A stretch of 60,728 nucleotides of DNA, counting the filler. It is 3 parts of 3 records of this genome, joined end to end, with 100 filler letters (N's around TTAATTAATTAA, not from the genome) between each part and the next. Parts side by side here need not be neighbours in the genome. Positions count along the whole stretch, not along the records: positions 36,402 to 60,728 come from DRR723986_6233; 2 more parts are not named here. One strand, given 5' to 3'. The notes beneath the pieces are model-generated. The model saw only the letters and a program-made list of their open reading frames with translations, ran no database searches and was not told where the DNA came from. The position numbers and the translations under genes were made by a program. Of the stretch, positions 48,674 through 59,676 are shown piece after piece (positions within the stretch are counted from its first letter, which is position 1; each line of letters opens with the position of its first letter).

Positions 48674-50692
48674 GTGGCTCAAACATTATCAGTCCGTGAC
48701 GAGGACCAAAGAAATATGAGCACATCTGCCCCCAAGAACACTGTCGAAACTGACAATATCGCAAAATATATCAAGTTCATGTCCAGTTCCGGAAGCAATA
48801 CAGCTTCTGCGCAGACGGCTTGGAACACCCTTCAAAAACACCTTCCGGCCATTCTGGATCGCTTCTACGTAGAGCTCCTTTCGCAAGAAGAGCTGCGCCA
48901 GAAAATGGGAACGCATGAGAAGAACACCGTTCCTCTCAAAAACGCGCAAACCAAACACTGGGAATACATCTTCAATCACGACCCGGACCTGGAGTTCATC
49001 GGACAGGCTGCGCGTATCGGTCAGGCTCACGTAAAGATCGGGCTGAAGGCCGAATGGCTGATGTCCGCGTTTGGACGGCTGTTGAACGAAATCCTTCCCG
49101 TCATCGTCAAGAAGCACCGGTTCTCGCAAAAGGCCATGATTGCCGAGATGCAGGCCGTGGTGACACGGTTCTTTCTGGACATGATCCTTGCACAACGCGC
49201 GTTCGAAACGGAACAGCGCCGCATTGAAGACGCTGAAATGCGGGATACGATCGGTCTGGAGAACCTGCGCACGACCGCGAACACCATCAGCGAGCTGAAC
49301 GAAATCGTGATGTCGATGGCGTTGTTGTCGCGCAATACCCAGGAAGCCAACGCGAACGGCCAGTCGATTTCCGCCGCGGCGGACCAGCTTGTCGCCTCCA
49401 TCGGCCAGATTTCCGAAAACAGCGAAGGCGCGGCCAACGAAGCCGTTCAAACAAACAACGCCGCCAAGGATGGCTTGGACAAGATGTCGGCCGTGTCGAG
49501 TGCTATCGGCGATATTTCCTCAACGTCCCGGCAAACCGCGCAGAGCCTGTCAGACCTCAGCGAAGCTGCATCGCAGATCGGCGAATTCCTATCGGTCATT
49601 CAATCCATCGCAGACCAGACCAATCTTCTGGCGCTGAATGCCACCATTGAAGCCGCCCGTGCAGGGGAAGCCGGCAAAGGCTTTGCCGTCGTTGCTTCGG
49701 AAGTCAAAACCCTCGCCTCGCAGACCGGCAAGGCGACGGAAGACATCGCGCAGCGGATCGAAGCACTGACCGCGGGCATGGAAACAATCCAGACAGCCAT
49801 CCAGAGCTCCGAAGGCGCCATCCAGAATGGCGAGGATGCCATTGCGGCCGCCAACGAACTGATGCAATCCATCGACGGGATGGTTGGCAATGTCTCCGAA
49901 CGGGTTACCCAGATAACGGGCATCCTGCACCAGCAGAAAGAAGCCAGCCACGAAATCGCTCGCAATGTCGCCAATGTCGCTGAATCGAACCGGAATACGG
50001 ATCAGCAACTCGGGGCCATGCAGCGCGTTCTGAAGCAGAGCAACGACAGTTTCAGCGGAGCAGCGAAAAACTTCTTTGATGCCAATTCTGACAAGTCCTT
50101 GCTGGAAATGGCTCGGATCGACCACGTTCTGTTCAAGAAACGTGTCGTCGATACGGTGACCGGCCACGACGACTGGGCGACTTCCGGCATGCCCGACCAT
50201 CATCATTGCCGTCTTGGCAAATGGTACGACTCGATCAAGAACGAGAAGATCAAATCACATCCAGCGTTCCGCAACCTGATCGCTCCTCATAAGGCGGTTC
50301 ACGAAGCGGGTCACCGGGCGCTGCATGCCACTGAACAAGGCAATTCCACGGAAGCTTTCGCGGCACTCGTTGACCTGGACAAGGCCAGCAAGGAAGTTCT
50401 CAAGGGCCTTACAGTTCTTGCCGCCGCCATGGAAACCGATCTGGCGGATGCAGAACCCCGCAAGTCGCCAAGACAGGACGTCGGCAAGAAGGCCGAAGTT
50501 CTGCTAGACGGGGGAGCCCAGACAGTTGAGCTGGAAAACGTGTCCGTGACCGGTGTCGGCTTGAAGGGCATAAGGGATGCCAAGGCAGGCAAGACCGTTT
50601 GCATCCGATGCGATGGCACGGAGCGCCTTGGCCATATCATCTGGGTGGATGGCACCAGGGCAGGCGTCCAGTTCTTCGACGAAAACAAATGA
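48674..50692 (+). CDS. soluble chemoreceptor: sensor globin + MCP signalling + CZB + PilZ (alternative ATG 48716)
   Basis: LKNAQTKHW / [10 protein letters not shown] (globin); [61 protein letters not shown]. Confidence 0.92.
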   Translation: MAQTLSVRDEDQRNMSTSAPKNTVETDNIAKYIKFMSSSGSNTASAQTAWNTLQKHLPAILDRFYVELLSQEELRQKMGTHEKNTVPLKNAQTKHWEYIFNHDPDLEFIGQAARIGQAHVKIGLKAEWLMSAFGRLLNEILPVIVKKHRFSQKAMIAEMQAVVTRFFLDMILAQRAFETEQRRIEDAEMRDTIGLENLRTTANTISELNEIVMSMALLSRNTQEANANGQSISAAADQLVASIGQISENSEGAANEAVQTNNAAKDGLDKMSAVSSAIGDISSTSRQTAQSLSDLSEAASQIGEFLSVIQSIADQTNLLALNATIEAARAGEAGKGFAVVASEVKTLASQTGKATEDIAQRIEALTAGMETIQTAIQSSEGAIQNGEDAIAAANELMQSIDGMVGNVSERVTQITGILHQQKEASHEIARNVANVAESNRNTDQQLGAMQRVLKQSNDSFSGAAKNFFDANSDKSLLEMARIDHVLFKKRVVDTVTGHDDWATSGMPDHHHCRLGKWYDSIKNEKIKSHPAFRNLIAPHKAVHEAGHRALHATEQGNSTEAFAALVDLDKASKEVLKGLTVLAAAMETDLADAEPRKSPRQDVGKKAEVLLDGGAQTVELENVSVTGVGLKGIRDAKAGKTVCIRCDGTERLGHIIWVDGTRAGVQFFDENK

Positions 50693-50917
50693 TCTTCGCG
50701 GGAAACGCCTGCAGACAACCCTGATAAGGTGCCCATGGGCACCTTTTCCAGCTTTATCGCCATGCACGTTTGAATGAACGGCTGCTACAGCCATTCACAC
50801 CACTGGATGCAGGCAGACCTGCTGACAGACCTCTGCTTAATTGCGATCCGCCGGTTTCTTATTTGCCCTGATTGGTATTAGGCTTCGGACTTCGGAAGTC
50901 CCGGATCTGGAGTTTTC

Positions 50918-51721
50918 ATGACTGGAGAAATCAAGGTCGGCATTGTTGGTGGAACCGGGCAACTCGGCAGCGCCATCGCAACGGCTTGGCTGGAAAGCGG
51001 CTGTGTCAAACCTCTCCAGCTCTGGATATCCAATCGATCCGGAACGGCCGCAGGCTTCGAAAGCTGGCCGGAGATCACCTTCACCGCATCCAATCAGCTT
51101 CTGGCTGACACCTGTGATGTCATCCTTCTGTCCGTTCCGCCAGCGCTTGTCGAAACGGTCAGCATTTCGGCGCCCGGCAAACTGGTCCTCTCGGTCATGG
51201 CGGGTGTCTCGCGTGAGAGGCTCAAAGCCCTCACAGGCTCGGAAAAGGTCGTTCGTGCCATGTCGAGCCCCGCGGCGGGCAAGCAGCTGGCCTACTCCCC
51301 ATGGTGTGCGGCTTCGTCGCTTTCGCAGGAAGACAGGGACCTCGTCCAGTCGTTGTTGTCGACCTGCGGGCCGAGTGATGAAGTCCAGGACGAACAGCAG
51401 ATCGAGGTCTTCACCGCCATAACCGGTCCGGTACCGGGATTTGCGGCCTTCTTCGCCGACTGCATTGTTGACTATGCAAGGTCAAACGGTGTCGACAGGC
51501 ACATTGCCGAGCGCGCTGCAAAACAGCTGATCCTGTCGGCAGGGCAAATCATGGCCGGAGACACCAGATCTCCGGCGGAACATGTTCAGGAGATGGTCGA
51601 CTACGCAGGAACGACTGCCGCCGGTCTCGTCAAGCTGAAGGAACTGGGTGTTTCGGATCTGATCAGTGAAGGGCTGGACGCCAGTACGGAGCGCGTCAGA
51701 ACTATTGCCGGCAAAGACTGA
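50918..51721 (+). CDS. pyrroline-5-carboxylate reductase family protein (divergent)
   Basis: GGTGQLG, SVMAGV, RAMSSP, TGPVPGF, YAGTTAAGL. Confidence 0.8.
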   Translation: MTGEIKVGIVGGTGQLGSAIATAWLESGCVKPLQLWISNRSGTAAGFESWPEITFTASNQLLADTCDVILLSVPPALVETVSISAPGKLVLSVMAGVSRERLKALTGSEKVVRAMSSPAAGKQLAYSPWCAASSLSQEDRDLVQSLLSTCGPSDEVQDEQQIEVFTAITGPVPGFAAFFADCIVDYARSNGVDRHIAERAAKQLILSAGQIMAGDTRSPAEHVQEMVDYAGTTAAGLVKLKELGVSDLISEGLDASTERVRTIAGKD

Positions 51722-51758
51722 TACCGCGCTTCTTCCGCCGGAGAGCACAGCTGGAAAC

Positions 51759-51788
51759 AAAAAAAGCGGCGCTGATGCGCCGCTTTTT
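51759..51788. terminator. bidirectional intrinsic terminator
   Basis: aaaaaaagcggcgc-tgat-gcgccgcttttt between convergent genes. Confidence 0.88.
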
Positions 51789-51803
51789 CCTGAAGTCTGA
51801 TCA

Positions 51804-53462
51804 TCAGGCTGTCAGTTCGCCAGCCAGTGCCTTGCGGATCATCTCACGCGTTTCGGCAATGCCGTAAAGAGCAACGAAAGACCCGAAACGCGGTCCCTTT
51901 TCCTGCCCGAGCAGAAGCTGGTAAAGCGCAGAGAACCAGACGACGGACACGCCAGGACCACCATCGGGACCCTTTTTGGACGGGTCCTGATAACGCTCGA
52001 TGGACCGGGCGACGTCCAGCACGGCATCCTGGATGGCACCGCCATCCGCACCGGCCGGCAGGGCGGCCAGTGTTTCGTCCAGTTTTTCCAGCGCAGTGCG
52101 CTCGACATCGTCCGGCACCTTGAACGACTTGGTTGGTTTGACGAAATCGTCGAAGTAGCGGATCGCATAGCCGACAAGCGCATCCAGTTCCGGATGGGTC
52201 GACGCCGTCACGCCCGGAGCGTAGCGGGAGATGAACGCCCACAGCACGTCCTTGTTTTCCGCGTTGGAGGCGGACACAAGGTTCAGCAGCATGGCAAAGG
52301 GCACCGGCATGTCGATCTTCGGAATGTTGCCCGAATGGATGTGCCAGACCGGGTTCTGAAGCTTCTGCTCCACCGGCATCTGCTCGTACTTCTGGACGAA
52401 GGTGTAATATTCGTCGACCGCCTTCGGAATGACGTCGAAATAGAGCTTCTTGGCCGTCTTCGGCTTCTGGAAATTGTAGAGCGCAAGGCTCTCCGGTGCA
52501 GCGTAGGTCAACCACTCGTCAATGGTCAGACCGTTGCCCTTGGACTTGGAGATCTTCTCGCCCTTTTCGTCCAGGAACAGTTCGTAGACGAAGTGTTCCG
52601 GAGCGGTCCCGCCCAGGATGTTGCAGATCTTGTCGTAGATCGGCGCATTGGTCATATGATCCTTGCCGAACATCTCGAAATCGACGTCAAGCGCAGCCCA
52701 GCGCATGCCGAAGTCGGGCTTCCACTGCAGCTTCACCTTGCCGCCGGTGACCGGCAGCGTGATGTCCTCGCCCGTCTCGTCCGCAAAGGTGATGGTGCCG
52801 TCCTTCGAATTGACGTCCTTCATGGGCACATAGAGCACGCGGCCGGACGTCGGCGAGATCGGCAGGAAGGGCGAATAGGTCGCCTGACGTTCCGCGCCGA
52901 GCGTCGGCAGCATCACGTCCATGATCTTCTGGTACTTCTCGGTCGCCCGGATCAGCACGTCATCGAACTTGCCGGCTTTGTAGTATTCGGTCGCGCTGGC
53001 AAATTCATAATCGAAGCCGAAGGTATCCAGGAACCGGCGCAGCATGGCGTTGTTGTGCTCGGCAAAGCTTTCATAGTCGCCGCCGAAGGGGTTCGGCACC
53101 GCCGTCAGAGGCATCTGCAGATATGGCTCAAGCGCTGCGCGGTCCGGCACGTTTTCCGGGATCTTGCGCATGCCGTCCATGTCGTCGGAGAAGCAAAGCA
53201 ACCGCGTCGGGATCTTGTCTTCGGTCAGCAGCCGAAACGCCGTGCGCACCATGGTGGTGCGCAGAACTTCGCCGAAGGTGCCGATGTGCGGGAGACCGGA
53301 CGGGCCATAGCCCGTTTCGAACAGAACCGGTTTGTCCGTTCCCCGTTTCTCGATCCGTTTGACCAGTTTTCGCGCTTCTTCGAACGGCCACGCTTTCGAT
53401 TTCGTGGCCGCCTCGACAAACTCTTGCGAAAGGTCAAGCGGAGGCAGGGATTGATCGGTCAT
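51804..53462 (-). CDS. lysS: class I lysyl-tRNA synthetase
   Basis: [37 protein letters not shown]. Confidence 0.97.
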   Translation of the reverse strand: MTDQSLPPLDLSQEFVEAATKSKAWPFEEARKLVKRIEKRGTDKPVLFETGYGPSGLPHIGTFGEVLRTTMVRTAFRLLTEDKIPTRLLCFSDDMDGMRKIPENVPDRAALEPYLQMPLTAVPNPFGGDYESFAEHNNAMLRRFLDTFGFDYEFASATEYYKAGKFDDVLIRATEKYQKIMDVMLPTLGAERQATYSPFLPISPTSGRVLYVPMKDVNSKDGTITFADETGEDITLPVTGGKVKLQWKPDFGMRWAALDVDFEMFGKDHMTNAPIYDKICNILGGTAPEHFVYELFLDEKGEKISKSKGNGLTIDEWLTYAAPESLALYNFQKPKTAKKLYFDVIPKAVDEYYTFVQKYEQMPVEQKLQNPVWHIHSGNIPKIDMPVPFAMLLNLVSASNAENKDVLWAFISRYAPGVTASTHPELDALVGYAIRYFDDFVKPTKSFKVPDDVERTALEKLDETLAALPAGADGGAIQDAVLDVARSIERYQDPSKKGPDGGPGVSVVWFSALYQLLLGQEKGPRFGSFVALYGIAETREMIRKALAGELTA

Positions 53463-53784
53463 TTTTCAAGTCGTTCTGTTCATGAGAATGGATGGAATGC
53501 AACCCGGTCGTTTTTTTGACTTTTCGGCCGGTTGCTGCGGCGCGACACTAGATCAACGCGCCTCTATGTGCAATCACATGAACACAGCTAAGTTGACCGA
53601 AATCTCGGGCTTTGCGCACTCTTTCCGCCTGAGGACATATCGCGCCGGAAAAAAGCGGATCACGCCGGTCAATCGATTGTCTCATACCGGTGACTTGAAG
53701 CTTGTCTTCCAACCCGTTACATCGGGCGCACGATCAAGAAGAAATTTTCCGTCTTTTGGCGCTACGGGAGAATGAATAGTGTCT

Positions 53785-54198
53785 ATGAACGAGCCGATCA
53801 GCGTACAGGAAGCCCTTATCTACGTGATGGTTATCGTCTCGGCGTCGGACAACCAGATGACCGACAACGAACTGGCCACCATCGGCGACATGATCAAGAT
53901 GCTGCCCGTTTTCAATGGCTATGACGGCAACCGGATCATCCCGGCAGCCCAGCGCTGCGGCGACATCCTGCAGGAAGACAACGGCTTGCAGCTGGTGCTG
54001 GAGCTGGTTGGCGACGTCCTGCCGGCAAAGCTTTACGACACTGCATATGCGCTTGGGGTTGAAGTCGCGGCTGCCGATCTCCACGTCGAGAAGGAAGAAT
54101 TGCGCATCCTTCAGCTTCTGCGTGACCGCTTCAAACTCGACAAACTCACCGTTGCCGCAATCGAGCGTGGTGCGATTGCCCGTCATCGGACCATCTGA
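53785..54198 (+). CDS. TerB-family protein
   Basis: ALIYVMVIVSASD..MTDNEL...TAYALGVEVAAAD...AIERGAIAR. Confidence 0.85.
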   Translation: MNEPISVQEALIYVMVIVSASDNQMTDNELATIGDMIKMLPVFNGYDGNRIIPAAQRCGDILQEDNGLQLVLELVGDVLPAKLYDTAYALGVEVAAADLHVEKEELRILQLLRDRFKLDKLTVAAIERGAIARHRTI

Positions 54199-54216
54199 TC
54201 CTCACGGAGCAGGTAT

Positions 54217-55317
54217 TTGAAAGCAACGAAGGCCCTCGCCTGGGCCGGGGCGGTATCGATAGCCGTCCTGGCAGGTGTTTTCCTGATCTTCCAGGGCCTT
54301 CAGGATTTCGATCTTTCTGAATACGAAAGCCGGCCGATTGCCTTTTCCTTCGACGGACATTCCGTTGCCGGAACGTTGCATCTGCCCCACCTGCAAGATC
54401 CTGGGCACGCAAACCCGCCTCTGGTCCTGATCGTTCACGGGGACGGGCCAGCGGACCGCTATTCCGGCGGTGGGTACATGCCTCTCATCAGCCGTCTTCT
54501 GGACAGCGGTCTTGCCGTCTATTCCTGGGACAAGCCTGGCGTCGGCGAAAGCCAGGGCAACTGGCTTTCCTTTTCCATGGAAGAGCGAGCCCGCCTCGCG
54601 GCAACGGCCCTTGCGGCCGCCAAAGAACAGCCCGAATTGAAGACGTCTCCAGCCGGATTTCTCGGCTTTTCCCAGGCGGGGTGGGTTTTGCCCATTCTGG
54701 CGGAAGAGCCAGCACAGGGCGATTTCTTCGTGATTGTCGGCGGAGCTGTCAACTGGTTGCGGCAGGCTGGTTATTATACCCGGCGCAGGCTGGAGCTTGC
54801 AGGTGCAGACAGCAAGGCGATCGACAAGGCCTTGGCGCAGGACGCAAAAGACGGACAAAAGTTTCTAGACCGGGATTTTTCCTATCAGGACTATCTCGAC
54901 AGCGGCATGGACAGGGTTCCGATGCCGGAAGATCGCTTCACCTTCGCGCGCCAGAATGCGGCCTCCGACTCCACCGCCTCCCTTGCCCGTATCTCCTCGC
55001 CCGTTCTGACACTGCACGGAGCAGAGGACCTCAACGTGGATCCTCATTTCAATTCCGGCATCTATCGAAAGATGCTGACGGACAACAATCCCGCCAACCG
55101 CTTCGTGATCGTCCCGGAAGCAACCCATGCGCTGTTGCGGGCGGAAGCCTTCAACTACCAGCTCAAGGGGCAAATGCCTTCCTGGTCGAAGGCCTTGTTC
55201 ATGGTCCTGGGACGCCGTGCCTACGCACCGGGCGCACTGGACACCATAACAATCTGGATCAAGGAACAGGCCTCAACAGCAAACAGCCTTTCAACTTCAC
55301 CAGATCGATCAAATTGA
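54217..55317 (+). CDS. membrane-anchored alpha/beta serine hydrolase
   Basis: N-terminal TM, VHGDG, WDKPGVGES, GFSQAG, GAEDLNV, ATH. Confidence 0.88.
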   Translation: MKATKALAWAGAVSIAVLAGVFLIFQGLQDFDLSEYESRPIAFSFDGHSVAGTLHLPHLQDPGHANPPLVLIVHGDGPADRYSGGGYMPLISRLLDSGLAVYSWDKPGVGESQGNWLSFSMEERARLAATALAAAKEQPELKTSPAGFLGFSQAGWVLPILAEEPAQGDFFVIVGGAVNWLRQAGYYTRRRLELAGADSKAIDKALAQDAKDGQKFLDRDFSYQDYLDSGMDRVPMPEDRFTFARQNAASDSTASLARISSPVLTLHGAEDLNVDPHFNSGIYRKMLTDNNPANRFVIVPEATHALLRAEAFNYQLKGQMPSWSKALFMVLGRRAYAPGALDTITIWIKEQASTANSLSTSPDRSN

Positions 55318-55426
55318 ACCCTTTTTGTTTTCGGTCCTTCAATCCGCAGCACCTTATCACCGGAGCGGGGACAGCACGCTTGTGGGCTGCCGGGACCTGC
55401 GGGTCCTTCAGTGCGGAGACGGGGAC

Positions 55427-55831
55427 ATGAGCAATCAGGCAATCGGAGAGCGGACAAGTGTGCGCTATCCACTGAGGCGACGCCGCCAGAGGCTGCGCGT
55501 ACAGCGCCCCATGCCTTATGCTGTCCGGTACGTGCAGGTTCGCACCGCTCCAAAGCAGGCGAACTGGGGCACGCGAATGATGCTTGCCTTTGCAGGCTTT
55601 GTCTGCGGCCTTGCAGCCGACGCGCTGGTGATGTTTGCCGAAGACCATTTCCATCTGGCAAAGAACCGGGATCCGGATCTTTTCGCATGGGTGCTCGGCA
55701 CCGGCTTTGCCGGCCATATCCTCTATCTGATCTTCGGAATACTAGCGGTCACGTTGCTGACGGCCTTCAACCGCCGCAAGTGGATCTTGTGGCTGCTGAT
55801 CGGCTTTGTCGGCGGACTGCTGAGTATCTGA
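55427..55831 (+). CDS. hypothetical membrane protein
   Basis: Basic N-terminus followed by three hydrophobic segments; purine-rich RBS. Confidence 0.6.
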   Translation: MSNQAIGERTSVRYPLRRRRQRLRVQRPMPYAVRYVQVRTAPKQANWGTRMMLAFAGFVCGLAADALVMFAEDHFHLAKNRDPDLFAWVLGTGFAGHILYLIFGILAVTLLTAFNRRKWILWLLIGFVGGLLSI

Positions 55832-55844
55832 TCGGCTGATAGCC

Positions 55845-56246
55845 TCAATTCAGGCTGTGGATCGCATCCGGCAGATCGAGTGAAAACGCCGGAATGACGA
55901 CGTCGAACATGGAGCCGTCCGGACGTTCCATCGAGTAGGACCCGGCCATGATGCCGCTGTCGGTCGAAAGCGGGCAGTGCGACGAATACTCATAGGTCTC
56001 GCCAGGCTCTATCACCGGCTGTTCGCCGACCACGCCCTCGCCGCTGACTTCTTCCTGGCGCCCTCTGGCATCGGTTATCTGCCAGTAACGCGTCTTCAGC
56101 TGCACCGGTTCGCTGCCACCGTTGTGGATCTCGACCATATACGCCCAGATATATTCGCTCTCTTCCGGACGCGATTCATCGTCCAGATAAAACGGCTCGA
56201 CGGAGACTTCGATCCCTTGGGTGATGGCGGTGTAACTGCCAGACAC
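55845..56246 (-). CDS. apaG: ApaG (Co2+/Mg2+ efflux-associated)
   Basis: RYWQITD, GEGVVGEQPVI.PG, IPAFSLD. Confidence 0.95.
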   Translation of the reverse strand: MSGSYTAITQGIEVSVEPFYLDDESRPEESEYIWAYMVEIHNGGSEPVQLKTRYWQITDARGRQEEVSGEGVVGEQPVIEPGETYEYSSHCPLSTDSGIMAGSYSMERPDGSMFDVVIPAFSLDLPDAIHSLN

Positions 56247-56456
56247 GGCTTTTCCTTAATTTCAGAACTGCGAACCTTGAAATAGACCGGTCCGAAGCGA
56301 CTTCCACGGGTGGTGCCCGCTCGTTCAGGAGGGGCTTATAGGGCGAATGACGCAAGCGTGAAAGAGGGTTGTGACATATGAGGCCGGAATTGCTTGAGAT
56401 TTGAGGCCGGATTTTGCAAGAACACCATCTGTCAGACCCAAAACAGTGATCTCTTC

Positions 56457-57074
56457 ATGTTCGATGCCCACCTGCGCCCGCTGATCGACCCGCCGCTGAA
56501 CCGGCTGGGCCTGATCCTTGCCGGCACGGGGCTTACCGCCAACAGCGTGACGCTGGCGGGCTTTGCCGCCGGTATGGGGGCAGCCATCGCTATCGCAACG
56601 GGTCATACCCTGATCGGCTTGTTCCTGATCGCGGTCAACCGATTTGCAGACGGTCTCGATGGCGCGTTGGCCCGGGCAACGGCCAAGACGGATCTCGGCG
56701 GCTACCTCGACATCACACTGGATTTCTTCTTCTACAGCGCAATCCCTCTGGCCTTTGCCATACAGGACCCGGCCCGCAACGCTTTGCCGGCGGTGGCACT
56801 TCTTGCCAGCTTCTACGCGAACGGCTCGGCCTTTCTGGCCTTTGCTATCATGGCGGAGAAGAACAAGCTGACCACCGACGCTCAGGGCTCCAAATCGCTC
56901 TATTACATAGGCGGGCTGGCCGAAGGCACCGAGACCATCGCGCTATTCCTGCTGATGGCCCTGGTCCCCGCCTGGTTTCCTGCGCTTGCCTACGGTTTTG
57001 CCGCGATATGCGTCGTGTCCGCCGGCGCCCGGGTGCTCATTGGCGTGAAGGCGCTGCGGCAGACAGGCCGTTAG
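56457..57074 (+). CDS. CDP-alcohol phosphatidyltransferase family (YnjF-like)
   Basis: ANSVT, DGLDGALAR, GGYLDITLD, GLAEGTET. Confidence 0.9.
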   Translation: MFDAHLRPLIDPPLNRLGLILAGTGLTANSVTLAGFAAGMGAAIAIATGHTLIGLFLIAVNRFADGLDGALARATAKTDLGGYLDITLDFFFYSAIPLAFAIQDPARNALPAVALLASFYANGSAFLAFAIMAEKNKLTTDAQGSKSLYYIGGLAEGTETIALFLLMALVPAWFPALAYGFAAICVVSAGARVLIGVKALRQTGR

Positions 57075-58270
57075 ATCGCCTGGAGCGCCTTCTCGATATC
57101 TTCCAGCAGATCCTGCGGATCCTCCAGACCGATTGAAAGCCGCAGGATACCATCGGTGATACCGAGTTCCGCGCGCGCTTCCTCGCCAATCGACTGGTGC
57201 GTGGTCGTCGCCGGATGGGTGATCAGGCTCTTGGCGTCGCCCAGGTTGTTGGAGATCTTGACGATTTCCAGCGCGTTTGTGAAACGGAACGCGGCTTCCT
57301 TGCCGCCCTCGATTTCCATCGCCAGCATAGTGGATCCGCCGCTCATCTGGCGTTTGGCAACATCGGCCTGCGGGTGGTCGTCCCGGCCCGGATAGATCAG
57401 CCGCGCGACCTTGGACTGGCTTGCCAGATAGTCGGCAATCCTGCCCGCCGTTTCCGTCTGGCGCGCAACGCGCAGCGGCAGCGTTTCCAGGCCCTTCAAC
57501 AGGACCCAGGCACTGAACGGGCTCATGTGCGGACCGGTATGCTTGATGAAGGGCATGACCTCGTCGTTGATCCATTCCTCGTCCGACAGGATCACACCGC
57601 CGAGGCACCGGCCCTGGCCATCGATGTGCTTGGTGGCCGAATAGACGACCACATCGGCACCGAGCTGAAACGGCGACTGATACAGCGGGGTCGCAAACAC
57701 GTTGTCGACGATCAGACGGGCACCGGCTTCCTTGGCGATCTGTGCCACGGCCTCGATGTCGATGACTTCCAGCGTCGGGTTGGTCGGGCTTTCCAGGAAC
57801 AGGGCCTTGGTGTTCGGCCGGACAGCCGCCTTCCACTGCTCGATGTCCGTTCCGTCTACCAGCGTGCTTTCAACGCCGAAGCGCGGCAACAGTGTTTCGC
57901 AAATATAGCGGCAGGAGCCGAACAGGGCCTTGGCGGCAATCACGTGATCGCCTGCCCTTACCGCTGCCATCAGCGCCAGATTGACGGCCGCCATGCCGCT
58001 GGCGGTTGCCCGCGCGGCCTCGGCCCCTTCAAGCGCCTTGATACGGTCCTCGAACATGGTGACGGTCGGGTTGGCATAGCGCGAATAGACATAACCCGGG
58101 TCCTCGCCATTGAACCTGGCCTCGGCAGCTTCGGCACCGCTGTAGGTGAAGCCCTGGGTCAGGTAGATGGTCTCCGAGGTCTCACCAAACGGTGACCGCA
58201 TGGTGCCGCCATGAACCAGAGTGGTTGCAGGGCGCCAGTTTTTGTTTCCGGTCTTGGTGGTCTCAGTCAT
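57071..58270 (-). CDS. metZ: O-succinylhomoserine sulfhydrylase
   Basis: YSRYANPTV, ASGMAA, VDNVFATP, YSATKHIDGQGR, NNLGDAKS; SAM riboswitch upstream. Confidence 0.95.
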   Translation of the reverse strand: MTETTKTGNKNWRPATTLVHGGTMRSPFGETSETIYLTQGFTYSGAEAAEARFNGEDPGYVYSRYANPTVTMFEDRIKALEGAEAARATASGMAAVNLALMAAVRAGDHVIAAKALFGSCRYICETLLPRFGVESTLVDGTDIEQWKAAVRPNTKALFLESPTNPTLEVIDIEAVAQIAKEAGARLIVDNVFATPLYQSPFQLGADVVVYSATKHIDGQGRCLGGVILSDEEWINDEVMPFIKHTGPHMSPFSAWVLLKGLETLPLRVARQTETAGRIADYLASQSKVARLIYPGRDDHPQADVAKRQMSGGSTMLAMEIEGGKEAAFRFTNALEIVKISNNLGDAKSLITHPATTTHQSIGEEARAELGITDGILRLSIGLEDPQDLLEDIEKALQAI

Positions 58271-58292
58271 GTCTTTCATTCGCTCCAAACGC

Positions 58293-58320
58293 AAAAAACC
58301 CCAGCCTCAAGACCGGGGTT
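58293..58320 (-). terminator. intrinsic terminator (riboswitch expression platform)
   Basis: aaccccggtc-ttga-ggctggggtttttt between the aptamer and the metZ start. Confidence 0.8.
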
Positions 58321-58332
58321 CTCACCTCCGGC

Positions 58333-58390
58333 CTTTTTAGCAACTTGTTTAACGTGGCTGCAAGCCGGCCGGCCCAAATCACCACGAAGT
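58333..58390 (-). ncRNA. SAM-II (SAM-alpha) riboswitch
   Basis: CGTGGTGATTTG-ggccggccggc-TTGCAGCCACG-TTAAACAAGTTGCTAAA matches the SAM-II pseudoknot consensus; lies upstream of metZ. Confidence 0.92.
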
Positions 58391-58533
58391 GAGCCTGTCC
58401 TACGGGAAAAGCAGGCACAGGTCAATTGTCTTGCGCACGTTCGCCTCAAAAGCCCCGTTCTGCCAGAATGCCTGTTGGCGCGGGCGGCCCGATCCTTTAA
58501 TGACCATAGACCAGCATAATGCGGAACATCTTC

Positions 58534-59670
58534 ATGAACGTCACAGCGGGTCAGGTCTTGAACGGAAGCGCACTTCTCACAGCAAATGGCATTCTGCCGG
58601 AACGGGTAATCCAGGCCATGTTCGCCGCCGGAGAGATTTCAGCGGACGTGCCGCCTGTCACCGGTCAGATACAGCCTGCCAGCCTCGACCTGCGTCTGGG
58701 CAAGGAAGCCTACCGGGTGCGTGCCAGCTTCCTGCCGGGCCCCGACATCCAGGTCGCGGCTCGGCTTGAGCAGATGAAACTGCACACGGTCGACCTGAGC
58801 GAAGGTGCCGTCCTTGAAACAGGCTGCGTCTATATCGTGCCGCTGCAGGAAAGCCTCGCCCTGGCTCCCGATATTTCGGCAACCGCCAACCCGAAAAGCT
58901 CGACCGGCCGCCTGGATGTCTTCACCCGCGTCATCACAGACAACGGTCTTGCCTTCGACACCATTCCGGCCGGCTACACCGGTCCGCTTTATGCGGAAAT
59001 CTCGCCGCTGACCTTTCCGATCCTCGTGCGGTCCGGGTCCCGCCTCAGCCAGATCCGCTTCCGGCGCGGTCAATCGCTCATTCCCGATGCGGAACTGGAA
59101 GAGGTGCACAAGGCCCAGACATTGATGAGCGGCGGCAACGAGCGCATCGGCAACGGTGTGCAGCTCTCCATCGATCTGGAAGGGACCGGACCCAACAGCC
59201 TGATCGGATATCGCGCCAAGCAACACTCCGGACTGATCGATGTGGATGTCGTCGGCGCGCAGGACGTTCTGGATTTCTGGGAACCTATCTATCGCCGCCA
59301 GCGGGCGGAACTTATCCTCGATCCGGATGCATTCTATATTCTGGTCAGCCAGGAAGCAGTGCATGTGCCGCCGGACTATGCGGCCGAAATGGTGCCGTTC
59401 GATCCGCTCGTCGGCGAATTCCGCGTCCATTATGCAGGCTTCTTCGATCCCGGTTTTGGCCACGCCAGTGCCGGTGGTGTCGGCTCGCGCGCGGTTCTTG
59501 AAGTCCGCTCACATGATGTCCCGTTCATCGTGGAACACGGCCAGACCATCGGGCGTCTGGTCTATGAACACATGGCGGAGCGCCCGGCGACACTTTACGG
59601 TGAAGGCATCGGCTCCAACTATCAGGGCCAGGCACTCAAGCTGTCCAAGCACTTCAAGGCACCCGCCTGA
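58534..59670 (+). CDS. dcd: dCTP deaminase (long alphaproteobacterial type; start uncertain)
   Basis: QPASLDLRLG, ANPKSSTGRLDVFTR, RVHYAGFFDPGFG, SNYQGQ.LKLSKHF. Confidence 0.93.
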   Translation: MNVTAGQVLNGSALLTANGILPERVIQAMFAAGEISADVPPVTGQIQPASLDLRLGKEAYRVRASFLPGPDIQVAARLEQMKLHTVDLSEGAVLETGCVYIVPLQESLALAPDISATANPKSSTGRLDVFTRVITDNGLAFDTIPAGYTGPLYAEISPLTFPILVRSGSRLSQIRFRRGQSLIPDAELEEVHKAQTLMSGGNERIGNGVQLSIDLEGTGPNSLIGYRAKQHSGLIDVDVVGAQDVLDFWEPIYRRQRAELILDPDAFYILVSQEAVHVPPDYAAEMVPFDPLVGEFRVHYAGFFDPGFGHASAGGVGSRAVLEVRSHDVPFIVEHGQTIGRLVYEHMAERPATLYGEGIGSNYQGQALKLSKHFKAPA

Positions 59671-59676
59671 CCGCCG

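Noticed and set aside
53785-54198. Tellurite-resistance or anti-phage Ter operon
   Set aside because: It is a single housekeeping-type TerB-family gene next to lysS, with no other ter genes.
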